NCBI RefSeq assembly: GCF_963921235.1
Contig: NC_086097.1
Span: 205,656,001 to 205,720,000, forward strand
From: Mobula hypostoma
Lineage: Eukaryota
Direction of reading: 5' to 3'
Length of the DNA stretch: 64,000 nucleotides
A model generated the notes under the pieces. The model did not search any database. It was not told the DNA's origin and saw only the letters and a list, made by a program, of their open reading frames with translations. The position numbers were made by a program, and so were the translations under genes. Below are positions 36,801 through 50,650 of the stretch, piece by piece. Each line of letters starts with the position of its first letter. The stretch's first letter is position 1.

Positions 36801-36894
36801 AGTCAAAGCCGTGTCCATGTGATGGTGAGCAGCCATCTGGCTAAAGTGTCACCTAATACCATCTGGAAGAATTGATTCCCACAGAAATTCAAGG

Positions 36895-37737
36895 TAATGG
36901 GGTCTCTCAACACAGGAGACCCTCAGGGCTGTGTACTAAATTCCCTCTTTTACTCCTTGTATTGCCATGACTGTGTCATCACCCACAGCTATAATCTGAT
37001 ACTTAACACTACGTTGATTGGCCTAATCTCAAACAGTAACGAGGTGGCCTACATGGAAGAAGTCATCTCTCTGACATAGTGGTGTCAAGAAAACAAACTC
37101 TCCCTCAATATCGCAAAAACAAAGGAGCTGGTTGTGGATTTCAGAAGGAATGGAGACAGGCTAACTCTTATTGACATCAATGGATCTGAGGTTGAGAGGG
37201 TAAACAGCTTTAAATTCCTCAGCATCCTCATCACCGAGGACCTCGCGTGGTCTGTACACACCAGCTGTATGGTGAAAAAGGCATAACAGTGCCTCTTTCA
37301 CCTCGGACAGTTAAGGAAGTTTGGTATGGACCCCGAAATCCAGGAGCTTTCTGCAGGGGCACAATTGAGAGCATCCTGACTGGCTGCATCACTGCCTGGT
37401 ATGGGAACTGTACCTCCCTTAATCGCAGGATTCTGCAGAGAGTGGTGCGGACAGCCCAGCGCATCGGTAATTATCAACTTCTCATTCTTGTGAACGGTAC
37501 CGCAACATAAAAGCCAGGACCAACAAGTTCTGAAACAGCTTCTTCCACCAGGCCAACAGACACTTAACTCACGCTGATTTGAGTGTATTTCTATGTTACA
37601 TTGACTGTTCTATTTGTTATAAATTACTATGATTGCACATTGCACATTTAAATGAAGATGTAACGTAAAGATTTTACTCGTTATGTATGTGAAGGATGTG
37701 AGAAATAAAGTCAAGTCAATTCAATTCAATTCAATTC
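36895..37737 (+). mobile_element. Rex1/Babar-like LINE 3' fragment
   Basis: NTGDPQGCVLNSL, ESILTGCITAWYG; AATAAAG followed by a (TCAAT)n tail. Confidence 0.82.
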
Positions 37738-38287
37738 TATAGCTGTTATAGTAATATATTCCTGGTTGAACGAAGTGTGAGTACTTACTCAACAGTTACG
37801 TAACAATCTACCACAGCACCAATGATTCGCAAAATCTAAGCAAATCAGAATCAAGTTTATCATCACTGACGTACCCCATGACACGTGTTGTTTTGTGGCA
37901 GCAGTAAGTGCAGGACTTAAAAATTGCTTTAAGTTATAAAAATACAAAAAAAATTACAAAAGCAGAAGAAATAGTGAGAAAAAGATTCTTAGTCTGTTGA
38001 TCCCAGTATGAGGGAATGAGAATGGGAAAAATGAATACTCTAGCCTTTTGATTCTGATAATCCCAATCTAACCTCTTCCTTAAATTCATTCTGCTCATGA
38101 CATAATAATAAATACTGCCATTAAAAATCCACGTTCACAATGTGAAGTTGTATGTTAAACGGAAATCTGTGAAATGAACTTGTGAACTTCCAGGTGTTAA
38201 GAGTAGTCAATGAGTAAAGTGCTGGCAATCGAAGCAGCCCCATATTGCAGCAAGCATCTTTCATGTCAATTCTGCTAGCAAATGAAT

Positions 38288-39030
38288 CATCATCATCATC
38301 ATCAGGTGCCATGCCCAGTTTGAGCTTTGACTGCTATGGCCCACACACACCTGTTTTGGGTCAAGTGGATCAATTCACTGGTATTCATTTCCAGTTCTCT
38401 GGCTGCTGACCCATCATCATTTGTCTTTGTCTTCCTCTCTCCCATAATTACCGTGCATTCTAACTCCACTTTCCTAATCACATGTCCAATGAAGTTACAT
38501 TGCCTTTTCATGATCTCATACATTATTTCTCTTTTTGTGTTTGCTCTGTTCATGACATCCTCATTAGATTTTTGTTTCGTCCATGAGTATTCTGAGCCAT
38601 ATAACACAACTGGATAAACGTAACATTTCAGCACACTGAGGCGGGTTGTCATGCCGAGTTTAGTATTGGTCAGTATACTCTTCATTCTCGTAAAGGTGTC
38701 TTTTGCCATCCCTATTCTTCTTTTGATGTCCATGTTGCACCTGTATCTGATGTCACCCAGCTTCCTAAGTAGCAAAAGTTCTGTACTTGTTTTATGTCTT
38801 CCCTGTTTATTCTCAGCCTGCAGATAGGATGCTCCTTCTTTTTGGATATCACCATACAGTCTGTCTTTTTGCAATTGATAGATAGACCCATTTTGCACTT
38901 TCTTCAACAATTATATCAATTAAGTTTTGTAGTTCTTCCTCCGTACTTGCAATTAACACAGTCTCATCTGCATATCTGAAATTATTGATGTTTTCACCAC
39001 CAACTTTGATTCCCAAGACGTCTCTTATTT
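38288..39030 (-). mobile_element. RTE-clade LINE 3' fragment
   Basis: NNFRYADE near 38980, DIKRRIGMAKDTF, LKCYVYPVVLYGSE; (GAT)n tail at 38288-38303. Confidence 0.82.
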
Positions 39031-40000
39031 TTATGCATATGAATACTGGATTTAATTATCTGAGCCAAGTTTGGGACACAATTCAGCAAAAATACATTAA
39101 AAATGGTTAACCACAACCTTTTGGAACAGCCTACCCAAAATAGTTAGAAAAGTGATTAATGTTTTTTTTGAATACATGATTAAGGTGAGGCCTTGTTAGT
39201 GAAGAACTATAGCAAAAAAAACTTTGAAGAACCCTCTTACTATTCTAAAATATTGAAGATACTAAATAAAATCTAGATCCCTGTCTCATAAGTCACTTAG
39301 TAGGCTCTATCCAAAATTTATATGTATGTGACATCTTTTTTGAATTACATCATTTGATTATCAAACATTTCTTAAAGGAAACTAAATGTGAGAAGCATAT
39401 ACAGTATTTTTGACCAGGGTAGTTAATGTATTTCAAAACATTTTATCTGTTACCAATATTGGTGAAAATAAATACTGACATATTTTAAACAGTTAATTTG
39501 GAGTCAATTAATATTACTACAACATCACTAAGAGCAATTTTGTCCTGAAATAATCAAAGACAATAGAGTAACTACTTTTGTTCCAAACTATTAGAGAGGT
39601 TCATGCTATGTATTTTTGTCCAGTTGTATAAATTATCATCCTATGCTCTACTTTCAATTATTTTTTGTGATCCCTTGCTCCAAGGAAAGGTAGATCTCTT
39701 TTGTGCTAATTTTTAAAAGAAAATTACTAACTGTTTGTACTGAACATAATTGTTCTGCTTTTGTTTAATTTTAAGGCATTGTAATAAACTCTACCAAAGA
39801 TAAATAAAACCTTAAGAGGAAATATTTTCAAAACAATATGGAATATTAAAATTTATCAAGCGCAGCAAGTACTTCATTTGACTGTTAGTAACTCTGAACT
39901 GTCTTGCTAATTAAATAAATTGGAATAATAGCTTCTAAGATATGTTTGATGAAATTGATTAAATAAAATTCAATCTAAAATGTTCAGTTCATACAAGTAC

Positions 40001-40117
40001 CTGCTTTGGTCCAAGCAATGACTGGTGTTGGATTACCCTCAGCCGCACAATCAAAGTCAACGGTATGTCCTTCAATTATAAGTTGATCCTTGGGAGTGAC
40101 TGTGAATTTAGGGGGAG
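40001..40117 (-). CDS. PXDNL: Peroxidasin-family exon (equivalent to exon 11), first half of Ig3, 117 bp
   Basis: ttattttcag|CTCCCCC ... AAAGCAG|GTACTT; encodes PPKFTVTPKDQLIIEGHTVDFDCAAEGNPTPVIAWTKA. Read by hand; too short for the ORF track. Confidence 0.93.
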
Positions 40118-40739
40118 CTGAAAATAAAACAAATGTAATTATTTAACTTCTTTTTACTATAAGTAGATAAATATGGAGAAAATAAATGTTCAAAAACTGC
40201 ACTGTTTCTATTGTATCTAAATTTAATGAAGTATTACATCTCTAAGTAAAGCATGACTTGTCATCCAATTGTGTGGTGTATCCAGTCCCAGATGCATTAA
40301 TGTGTACTTTAAGTATGATCAGACTCTGCTTAACTGCTCCAGACTGAACAGCTGTATAATTGAATCAATTATGAATATTGGACAAAGATCATGAATGTCC
40401 CTTGTACTACCCCTGTGACTGCCTTAACCCTACGGCTCTGTGGATCCAAAGTCAAGATCTTGCTGCCAAGGATTTCTATGAAGTAGAATGGAATTTCCAG
40501 GATTCACCATCCATCCCTTAGTGAATCCTTCCTTTCGGTGTTGACTAGCCAACCACTTATTCAAAGGCCATGACCTCTGATTTTATACTATTCAAACAGA
40601 GGAAACATACTCCCTGCATCTATCCTGTTGAATCTTTTTTCTAAGTAAGTGTAGCTGATTTAAATTCATCTATCTGAAATAAATCTTCTTCACTATTTTA
40701 TAGGTGTTGGTGTTAGACCATCAGAGAAAAAATCGATCT

Positions 40740-41700
40740 GAATTAGAATCAGAATTAATATCTGGCATATGTCATGAAATTTGTTGTTTTGTGGCACCAG
40801 TACATTGTAATACATAATAATTTTAAAACTATAAATTACAATAAGTGTATTTATTAAAATAAGTAATGCAAAAAGAGAGCAAACATAGTGGGGTAGTGTT
40901 CATGAATTGATTGTCTATTCAGAAATCTGATGGTAGAGGGAATGAAGCAGTTCCTGAAACTTTGAGTGTGTCTTCAGGCTCCTGTACATTCTCCTTGATG
41001 GTAGCAATGAGAAGAGGGCATGTCCTGGGTGATAGGATTCCTCAATAGTCGATGCTGCCTTTTTTTGAAGCATCGCCCTATGAAGCTGTCCTTAATACTG
41101 GAGTGGCTAGTGCCCATGATGGAGCTGGCTGAGTTTACAACTTTCTGTAGCTTTTTTCCAGTCCTGTGCAGTTGTCCCTCCATAGCATACACTGATACAA
41201 TCAGTTAGAATGCTTTCCACGGTACATCTGTAGAAACTTATCAGTGTCTTTGGTGACATACCAATTTTCCTCAACCTCCTAATGAAGTATAGTTGCTGTC
41301 ATGCCTTCTTCGTAATTGCATCAATATGTTGGACCCAGGGTAGATCTTCAGAGATGTTGACCCAAGGAACTTGAAACTGCTCACATTTACACTTCTGTTC
41401 TCTCGATAAGGATTGTTGTGTTTTCCTTGATTTCCTTTTCCTGATGTTCACAATCAATTCCTTGGTCTTACTGATGAGTGCAAAGTTGTTGTTGACCATG
41501 CAACCAGCTGATTTATCTTGTTCTTGTACGCCTCTTCATTACTATCAGAGATTCTGCAAACAATAGTTGTGTCATTGATAAATTTACAGATGGCATTTGA
41601 GCTCAGCCTGGTCACATAATCATAGGTGTAAAGTAGAGCAGAGCACTGGGCTAAGAACACATCCTTGAGGTGCGCCAGTATTGAGTGTCAGCAAGGAGGA
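40740..41700 (-). mobile_element. Decayed Rex1/Babar-like LINE
   Basis: LLYTYDYV, KFINDTTIV, KTKELIVN, KKLQKVV; (TCTGA)-like tail. Confidence 0.75.
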
Positions 41701-43009
41701 GGTGATGTTTCAGATGTTACGTAGCATGTAGGTTAGCAGCTTAATGCATTCTTTCTTTCACCTGAATTACAAGCTTTCGAAATGTCATTTATAAAACACC
41801 ATCCATGGAGGTCTCAAGTTAAAGAAAGCTTAAAAATGTTGAAAATCTAAAATAGCAAATGGTGTTCAGGATGCACCTGTGCAGGGAGGAACAGAGGCAA
41901 TATTTCAAATTAAAGACCCATCATCATGAGTGGTATAGTGAAAAAGCAAGTAGCCTAAGGGGAAAAGGGGCCAGAAAGAATAAAGGAATTATTTATGGCA
42001 TAAGACCAAGAGAATCCAGATGAGAAAAATTACACCAGTTCCATCCAAGAGAGGGTGGTGAATGCTTGTTAATCAAAGATATGGATTATTTAAAAGTACC
42101 AGTTGAATGCTGACACCAAGATTGATGGACAAATATTGTTTGTGTGCTGACAGACTAGCTGCAAAAGTGAAATCAATAATTTGTAAATTCTTGCAGTTTG
42201 CAGAAGATTTAAGAACATATTGTGCACGGTAGGTAATCTTGTTCTTATAGTTAAAAAACATTTGTCCACAAGCAAAGAATGGTTGTTGCAATACATTTTA
42301 CACAAATAGGTGACAGTTTATTCCTAGAACAGAAGTAGTTTCTTTTCTACCTTTTAGCATTTATGAGCTACTGTTATTCAGTTCTTACCCACTGTATATG
42401 GCATTTTTAAGTGAAAAAGCCTTCAACACTTGGTGATCCTTTTTTGACAGCATAGAGAGCAGGAAATAATCCTCTCAGACTGATGAACTTAACTTCATGG
42501 CTTTAGTTCAATTGAAACAATCTGTTTAAACTACAAAATGCAGGAGATGCGTTCAACTTAAAAAAAAGATGTTGTCCATGGAAAGAATGATTTTTATTAG
42601 TCTTGGGCTTATTCTTACAACTTCAGATTTATGTCAAGCTCCTTCTTTACACCATTTTGCGTGGTTTTAAAATCTAGTTCTCTACAGCTGTGATCTATCT
42701 TGGAGTTCTCCTCATTCTAGTTAAGGGAGAGTGATTGTAATAAAAAATCTATTGGTATTAGATATAATGGTTTTCTTCTTTTCATTGGTGATAGATATGC
42801 ACAACTTATAAGTGGGCGTGTGTGCTAATGCAATCTTTTTCATTATACAGTAAATCTTGGTACTCACACTGCCACATCTTGGAATTATCATCAATCATGC
42901 TAGACACATATTGTTACAGATAAATTTAACTATATAGAGTGAGCTAAAAAATAACTTGGAATGATAACTGTTGTGTGGAACTTGAATCTTCTCCACAATA
43001 TTTCTAGCA

Positions 43010-43452
43010 CCATTGGCTAACACTTGTTATCTCCAGCACTGTTTCATCAACACCTGAGCCATAAGCTCCCTAGCACATTGGGTGCATTCTGAACATAATG
43101 GAGGTTTAAATGTGGACATGTCCCACCATCTTTCATTTTGCAAATTTCACACTCCTTTGTCTGTATTTGCACTTGATAATTGTCGTTACCTCACAACCTT
43201 TATTCATTTTCTCACCCTACAACTCCCCCTATCGATGCAGCAATCAGATATCCATTACAAATTATTACCAGGGTAATTCTGCTCTTGCCCTATCTGAGAT
43301 ATTCCTTTTGTCATGGCTATCCCTCGATCACCATTTGTGCATCACAAAATTGACTTCTTTTCTCTCTTTTCTAGTTATGATGAAGAGTTTCAGACTTCAA
43401 ACACTAACTTTGTTTCTCTTGGTATAGATGCAGCCTGACCTGTTGAATGATT

Positions 43453-43455
<3 letters not shown>
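43010..43455 (+). mobile_element. Very decayed Penelope-like 3' end
   Basis: ATGATGAAGAG...TCAAACAC...TATAGATGCAGCCTGACCTGTTGA resembles the PLE terminal repeats elsewhere in the window. Confidence 0.45.
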
Positions 43456-43506
<51 letters not shown>

Positions 43507-43515
43507 ATGTGTGTG
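43455..43515. repeat. Compound microsatellite (GT)n(ATGT)n
   Basis: Directly visible. Confidence 0.95.
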
Positions 43516-43692
43516 GTCCACCAGCAGAGCACAGCCAGGTCATTGACGACAGAGTTCACCAGCTGATTTGGAGTATTTGTATTCATCTAGGATTATTAAA
43601 TTTGCCGGCACTTATGAGGGTAGATAAAAGCAGATCTATGCATATTTCCAGGTAAGTTCATTATTCTGGCAATCCTGCAACTCCTTTAGTAT

Positions 43693-43759
43693 CAAACAAC
43701 AGGAATTCCTATAGATGCTGCTTGGCCTGCTGCGTTCACCAGCAACTTTGATGTATGTT
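43693..43759 (+). mobile_element. 5'-truncated copy of the hammerhead element (ribozyme missing)
   Basis: TTCCTATAGATGCTGCTTGGCCTGCTGCGTTCACCAGCAACTTTGATGT is identical to the 3' half of copy 2; 13-bp direct repeat ACTCCTTTAGTAT at 43680-43692 and 43760-43772. Confidence 0.82.
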
Positions 43760-46700
43760 ACTCCTTTAGTATGTTTTCTTCTTTGCTGTATTTTTAAATT
43801 TGGTGACCAGAATAGTTTGTGCCATACAAGGAAATTTTTAACAGTAAAAATCACATTAGAGTCTTTGAATTGTGAGAGAACTATTTTAGCTCTACATGAA
43901 CAAAATGGGATAAATATGTGTTTTTTGTGTGAACCATTTTACAAGCTGGCAGGTCATCAGCAAACATATTAAATATTTAATGTCAGGAACTTACTTGTCC
44001 ATTTTACAGTCACACACAGAAAGTTTGCTACTTGGCAACAATATATACCTTTAACAGCGAGTGTATGATGAGGTGTCAGTAAAAAGCTATCCATGTTCAA
44101 TGAAATAGATGGGAGAATAGCTGGGGTGAAAATTTCCAGTGGAACAGGAAGCACATTGAAAAGCAGGAGAAAATCAAGACTGTGTTAGTTTGGTGCTGTG
44201 CTGGTAGGACCTAGTTGTCTTGAGAATACACAATGCCAAGGGTAATAGCATCTAACTTTCCCAGCAATGATCTACACAAGACATTAGAAGTGAGTTCAAT
44301 CAGACAGTTTGGTTGGGTGTGGCGGCAGGTCCAGTTACCGAGAGCATTAACAACAACTTGGAAAGCATGAACTTACCTCAAAAAAAGAATTGACCATGTT
44401 GAAGCAATCTTCAGAATCAGAATTACAATCAGGTTTATTATCACAAATGCTGTAAAATTTTATTGTTTTGCAGCAGCAGTGCAGTGCAATATATAAAAAC
44501 TGTATGATACAATAAGAAACGTATAAAAATGAACAGTGTAAATCATTACTGCCTAACTTCAGATAGCTGCCCAGGTGTGGAGATGCATGTGCCATACTTT
44601 AGAACAACAAAGGAGCAGACCTAAAGAACATAATATATAAGGGAAGGAACAGACTATAAAGCTGTCAGCCTGCACCACCACTTGATAAGACCATGTCTAA
44701 ACTGGTCTTTAATCTCAACATTAGTTTCTTGCTTAATTACCGTAAAACTTGCAGTTCAAAATTCAAATATCAACCTTAAGTATACGTAATGCCTCCCCTT
44801 GGATCAAACTTGCTTCTGTAGTGAACATCAGTTATCGTATACTTACAGTTAAAAAAAATACCAAATTGAAGTCAATCAGTCTTTGCTTGCCAAATTGCAT
44901 CAGTAAGCATGCCCTGTGACCTTCATTGGTAATCCATTCATATGTACTTATTAGTTGAAGAGAATTCCCAAAATGTCACAGAACAGTACAGCACCGTACA
45001 GGCCTTTCAGCCCACACTGTTGTATAATATATATAAAAATATTACCCAACATAATAGAATTTCTAACTATGGTTTTCCGTATAGTATATTCAGTTCTTTG
45101 TTGGGAAACATGTAACTTAAAATGGAGAGGAAGGAACTTCTGAATATTCACTCCAGCTAAGGGCCACTGACCTATCACTTACCCAGCCATTCCACAATGC
45201 AGGTGAAGACTCAAGATCTGCTTGTCTTATGAGAAGTGACCTTGCATCAAAATACAGCACTGTATAATGCTAGGCATTGCATGCAATGAAACTTCCATTT
45301 ATTTTAATCAACATCTCCACACAGCTCTGCTGACAACATTCCTGGCTGATTGCTGTTGATAAAACATACTGTTTTTAACCTTTCAGATTGTGCCAAAATA
45401 TCCAACAAAGCAATCAAAGGAAATCCAATATGTAACAAATTATCTAATCCTCAAATGTAATTGTATATAATGAATGAAAGAATAAGATTAGGTGCAGTGT
45501 GACTGCAATCCATTCTATCAGCAAAGGAGTGTGTAATTATTAGATTGGTAGGTGGTGAGATGGAAAAGAAGCTGGCATTGCAGAGATTACCCAGCCAAAA
45601 CTTTTAAACAAATGATTCCCAAGAAGTAATAAGAAATACAAGTAGTTGCCCACTTACCTGCCCTGTACTTACTAGCTTCTTGAGTGAGTAATTTTGAGGA
45701 TCAGATCACTGCTAGCACCAGGCAGCAGCACAGCAAATCATTGAATCCGGAATGCCAGGAATGTTGGTGCATCCTTGGCTAAACTAGCCAATACATTAGG
45801 CCAGAAGGGATGGGACTTAGTCCCAAATGAGAGTTTATAGTAGCACTAACCCTGACTCGCAGCCCAGAAGAACTACCTCTGGTAAAGACTGAAAGCCTCC
45901 ATGGCTAGCTTTTGAGTGCTTTCCAGCAGTACTTTTAAGGCCACTTCTTATGCCATTCAATACCCCGTGCATATACCCAGAACACTTATCTGTTTTCCCT
46001 TTTTAATGCTATATATATATTGTTATTACCCCTAGGGGTCATATTTTTTATGGACTATACCTTTAAAAAGAGAGAGAGAATTTTACAACACAAGCACCTT
46101 GTTATTAAGAGAGAGAGAGGTGAAGACTGCTTTGAGATGGTGTTATGGTTTCTGTACAGCGTGTTTACACTTTTGCAAGGACACCGCCAGCTTCTGTGTT
46201 CCTACAGAGAGAGAAGGGAGGAGCTACTTGATGGACAGCTGGTGTTCAGCATAGTGAGATAAATAGAAGGTCAGCTGATAGACTGACAGACACATGATTT
46301 TGGACACTGGATGAGCTTTGTTGTGCCCACAGAAAAGGTGGGTTTTCTGAGGATCAATCAGGAGAATCGATTAGTGGCTCTCGCAGTGTGGAAAGGGTGT
46401 GACCGGTGGGGAGTTATTAGTGTGTCCAACCCTCACCCGGGTTGATAACTCCAGCACAGAAGACAGTCTCCTTTTTGTGGTCACATTCGGTGACTTTAAA
46501 GGAAGAAAAGTGGGGAGAGGAAGGTTTGAAACAGAAGAAACCTAGTGACAAAGAGGTCACTGTTTGGACTCTCTGTAGCCTGTAAGGGTGAGTTTGAGTT
46601 CCTTTCGAATATGAAGGTGTGACCGTCACGTAGTTAATCCACAGGTGTGGGTTCTGTGGTGAGGAGAATACCTTTGTGAATACCACTTGTGTGTTACCCT

Positions 46701-48325
46701 TGTGTGGGTGTGGTAGTTCACTGAAGAAAGGCACCCCCGTGGCAAATCACTGTTGGAGTTATTCTGTATGTCTTGGAACTGGATAAGTGGCCATCACAGT
46801 TATGTGTTTGGGGTAACCTTGTGTGGAAACTACCTGTGTGTGATAATCCTTGCCTGGGTTGGTAGTTTTACCACTTGAAGACGGTACCTCAGTGATAGAC
46901 TACTGTTGGGGATAATCCATGCGTGGATTCTGTTGGAATATCCTGTGGCCACCACTTAGAAACCATAAGAAACCATAGAAAAACTGCAGCACAGAAACAG
47001 GCCTTTTGACCCTTCTTGGCTGTGCCGAGCCATTTTCTGCCTAGTCCCACTGACCTGCACATGGACCATATCCCTTCATACACTTCCCATCCATGTATCT
47101 GTCCGATTTATTCTTAAATGTTAACAAAAAAACCCACATTTACCACCTCATCTGGCAGCTCATTCCACACTCTCACCACTCTCTGTATGAAGAAGCCCCC
47201 CCCAATGTTCCCTTTAAACTTTTCCCCCTTCACCCTTAACCCGTGTCCTCTGTTTTTTTTTTCTCCCCTTGCCTCAGTGAAAAAAGCCTGCTTGCATTCA
47301 CTCTATCTATACCCATGATAAATTTATATACCTCTATCAAATCTCCTCTCTTTCTTCTACGCTCCAGGGAATAAAGTCCTAACCTATTCAACCTTTCTCT
47401 GTAACTGAGTTTCTCAAGTCCCGGCAACATCCTTGTAAACCTTCTCTGCACTCTTTTGACCTTATTAATATCCTTCCTGTAATTTGGTGACCAAAACTGA
47501 ACACAATACTCCAGATTCGGCCTCACCAATGCCTTTTACAACCTCATTATAACATTCCAGCTCTTATACTCAATACTTTGATTAATAAAGACCAATGTAC
47601 CAAAGCTCTCTTTACAACCCTATCTACCTGTGACGCCACTTTTAGGGAATTTTGTATCTGTATTCCCAGATCCCTCTGTTCTACTACACTCCTCAGTGCC
47701 TTACCATTTACTGTGCATGTTTTTCCTTGCTTTGTCCTTCCAAAGTACAATACCTTACACTTGTCTGTATTAAACTCTATCTGCTATTTTTCAGCCCACT
47801 TTTCCAGCTGGTCCAAATCCCTCTGCAAGCTTTGAAAACCGTCCTCACTGTCCGCTACATCTCCAATCTTTGTATCATGAGCAAATTTGCTGATCCGTTT
47901 TATCACATTATCATCCAGATCATTGATATAGATGACAAATAACAATGGACCCAGCACTGATCCCTGTGGCACACCACTAGTCACAGGCCTCCACTCTGAG
48001 AAGCAATCCTCTACCACCACTCTCTGGCTTCTTCCACTGAGCCAATGTCTAATCCAATTTACCACCTTTCCATGTATACCTAGCGACTGAATTTTCCTAA
48101 CTAACCTCCCATGCGGGACCTTGTCAAAGGCCTTACTGAAGTCCATGTAGACAACATCCACTGCCTTCCCTTCATCCACTTTCCTGGTAACCTCCTCGAA
48201 AAACTCCAATAGATTGGTCAAACATGACATACCACGCACAAAGCCATGTTGACTCTCCCTAATAAGTCCCTGTCTATCCAAATGCTTGTAGATTCTGTCT
48301 CTTAGTACTCCCTCCAACAACTTAC

Positions 48326-49257
48326 TGTGACGAAAGAGGGTTACAAAGAGTACACATAGATTAAGATGTTAACTGTCCTGTGCTGGCACCAGTGGGATCA
48401 ACAGTTGATCTGCCACCTGTCTTCAGGAGAAAGAGAGGTAAGGAAGACAATGGAGCAGCATTTGGAAATGTTAATGAAGAGACGGGAGAGTTTAACGGAA
48501 GGAGACACGGTCTGAGAGCTGTCAAGATCGGCTCCTTTTTGAACCCTGAACTGTTTGAAGTGTGATGGACAGGCGATACCCCAGCAGGGGGATAAAAAGG
48601 GACAGGTTCGCTAAGGCAGCACACACGACACCACGAGGTAACGAGACCCTGGAAGCGGTGCGCCTCCCACAAGTCGGTGGGAGTTTTTGGAGGGCTGGTC
48701 GCGGCACCAAGCCATAGACGCACAGGGTGGAAAGGTACGATCGGCGGGAACCTGGTGTGTGTCCGCCCTTGCCTGGGTGCCAGGTTCACTGCAGAGGAAC
48801 GATCGTATCTGAAACGGAGGGGTCACATTCGGTGATCTCAGAAGACATTACAAAGGGCTCACCCGAAAGCTGACTGCGAAGAATATCAAAGGTCTGTGTG
48901 CAAGCCGTTTTGAATATTCATTCGCTTTCGCTCTCTCTCTCCTTCCCCCCCACCCCCCCGTCCACCGGCACGGCAGTGATTACTGTGAACTGAACTGAAC
49001 TCAATTGAACTGAACTTTGCGTCACTTTGAAACTGGTCATTTACCCCTAGACGACGATAGAGCTTGATTGATCCTGTTATCCTAGTTCTGTGTACATGTG
49101 TGTTTATCATTGCTGAACTGTTGCATTTATTATCCTTTTGATTAGAGTACTGTGTTGCTTATTTCTTTAATAAAACTTTCTTAGTTCCAGTAATCCAGAC
49201 TCCAACTGAGTGATCCATTTCTGCTGGTTTGGCAACCCAGTTACGGGGTACGTAACA
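48326..49257 (+). mobile_element. 932-bp solo LTR (Gypsy-like) inserted in CR1 ORF2
   Basis: TGTGACG...CGTAACA termini, 4-bp TSD TTAC at 48322-48325 and 49258-49261, AATAAA near the 3' end; the host frame rejoins (SVVG|KLLEG). Confidence 0.88.
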
Positions 49258-50650
49258 TTACCCACTACTGACATCAAACTTACCGGCCTATAATTTCCTG
49301 GATTACTTTTTGATCCCTCTTTAAACAACGGAACAACATGAGCCATTCTCCAATCCTCCGGCACCTCACCTGTAGACACCGACATTTTAAATATATCTGC
49401 CAGGGCCCCTGCAATTTCAACACTAGTCTCGTTCAAGGTCCGAGGGAATACCCTGTCAGGTCCTGGGGATTTATCCACTTTAATTTGCCTCAAGATAGCA
49501 AGCACCTCCTCCTTTCTAATCTGTACAGTTTCCATGATCTCTCTACTTGTTTCCATAAATTCTATAGACTTCATACCAGTTTCCTTAGTAAATACAGATG
49601 CAAAAAACCCATTTAAGATCTCCCCCATTTCTTTTGGTTCCGCACATAGCCAACCACTCTGATCTTCAAGAGGACTAATTTTATCCCTTACAATCCTTTT
49701 ACTCTTAATATACCTGTAAAACCTCTTTGGATTATCCTTCACTATGACTGCCAAGGCAACCTCATGTCTTCTTTTAGCCCTCCTGATTTCCTTAAGTATT
49801 TTCTTGCACTTCTTATACTCAAGCACCTTATTTACTCCCTGTTTCCTATACATGTCATACAATTCTCTCTTCTTCTTTATCAGAGTTGCAATATCCCTTG
49901 AGAACCAAGGTTCCTTATTCCTATTCACTTTGCCTTTAATCCTGACAGGAACATACAAGCTCTGCACTCTCAAAATTTCTCCTTTGAAGGCTTCCCACTT
50001 ACCGATCTCATCCTTGCCAGAGAACAACCTGTCCCAATCCACACTTTTTAGATCCTTTTTCATTTCTTCAAATTTGGCCTTCTTCCAGTTTAGAACCTCA
50101 ACCCTATGACCAGATCTATCTTTATCCATTATCAAATTGAAACTAATGGTGTTATGATCACTGGAACCAAAGTGTTTCCCTACACACGCTTCTGTCACTT
50201 GTCCTAACTCGTTTCCAAATAGGAGATCTAATATTGCATCCTCTCTAGTTGGTACCTCTATATATTGATTTAGAAAACTTTCCTGAACACATTTTACAAA
50301 CTCTAACCCATCTAGACCCCTAGCAGTATGAGAGTCCCAATGAATATGTTGAAAACTAAAATCCCCTACCACCACAGCTTTGTTTCCTGCAGTTGCCTGC
50401 TACCTCTCTTCAGATTTGCTCCTCCAATTCTCGTTGACTATTGGGTGGTCTATAATACAACCCCACTAATGTACCTTTCCTGTTTCTCAGCTCCACCCAT
50501 AAGGACTCAGTAGACAAGCCCGCTAATCTGTCCTGCCTGAGCACTACTGTAAAATTTTCCCTGACAAGCAATGCTAAACCCGCACCCCCCCCCCCCACTT
50601 TTCATTCCTCTGTCCCTATCACATCTAAAACATCGGAACCCTGGAATATT

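Noticed and set aside
46620..46960. Recurrent CCACTTG/CACTGTTGG motifs resembling a spaced repeat array
   Set aside because: Degenerate internal repeats of an LTR with irregular spacing; eukaryotic context, not CRISPR.
49167..50375. 402-aa ORF as a host gene
   Set aside because: CR1 ORF2 fragment that runs into the inserted LTR.
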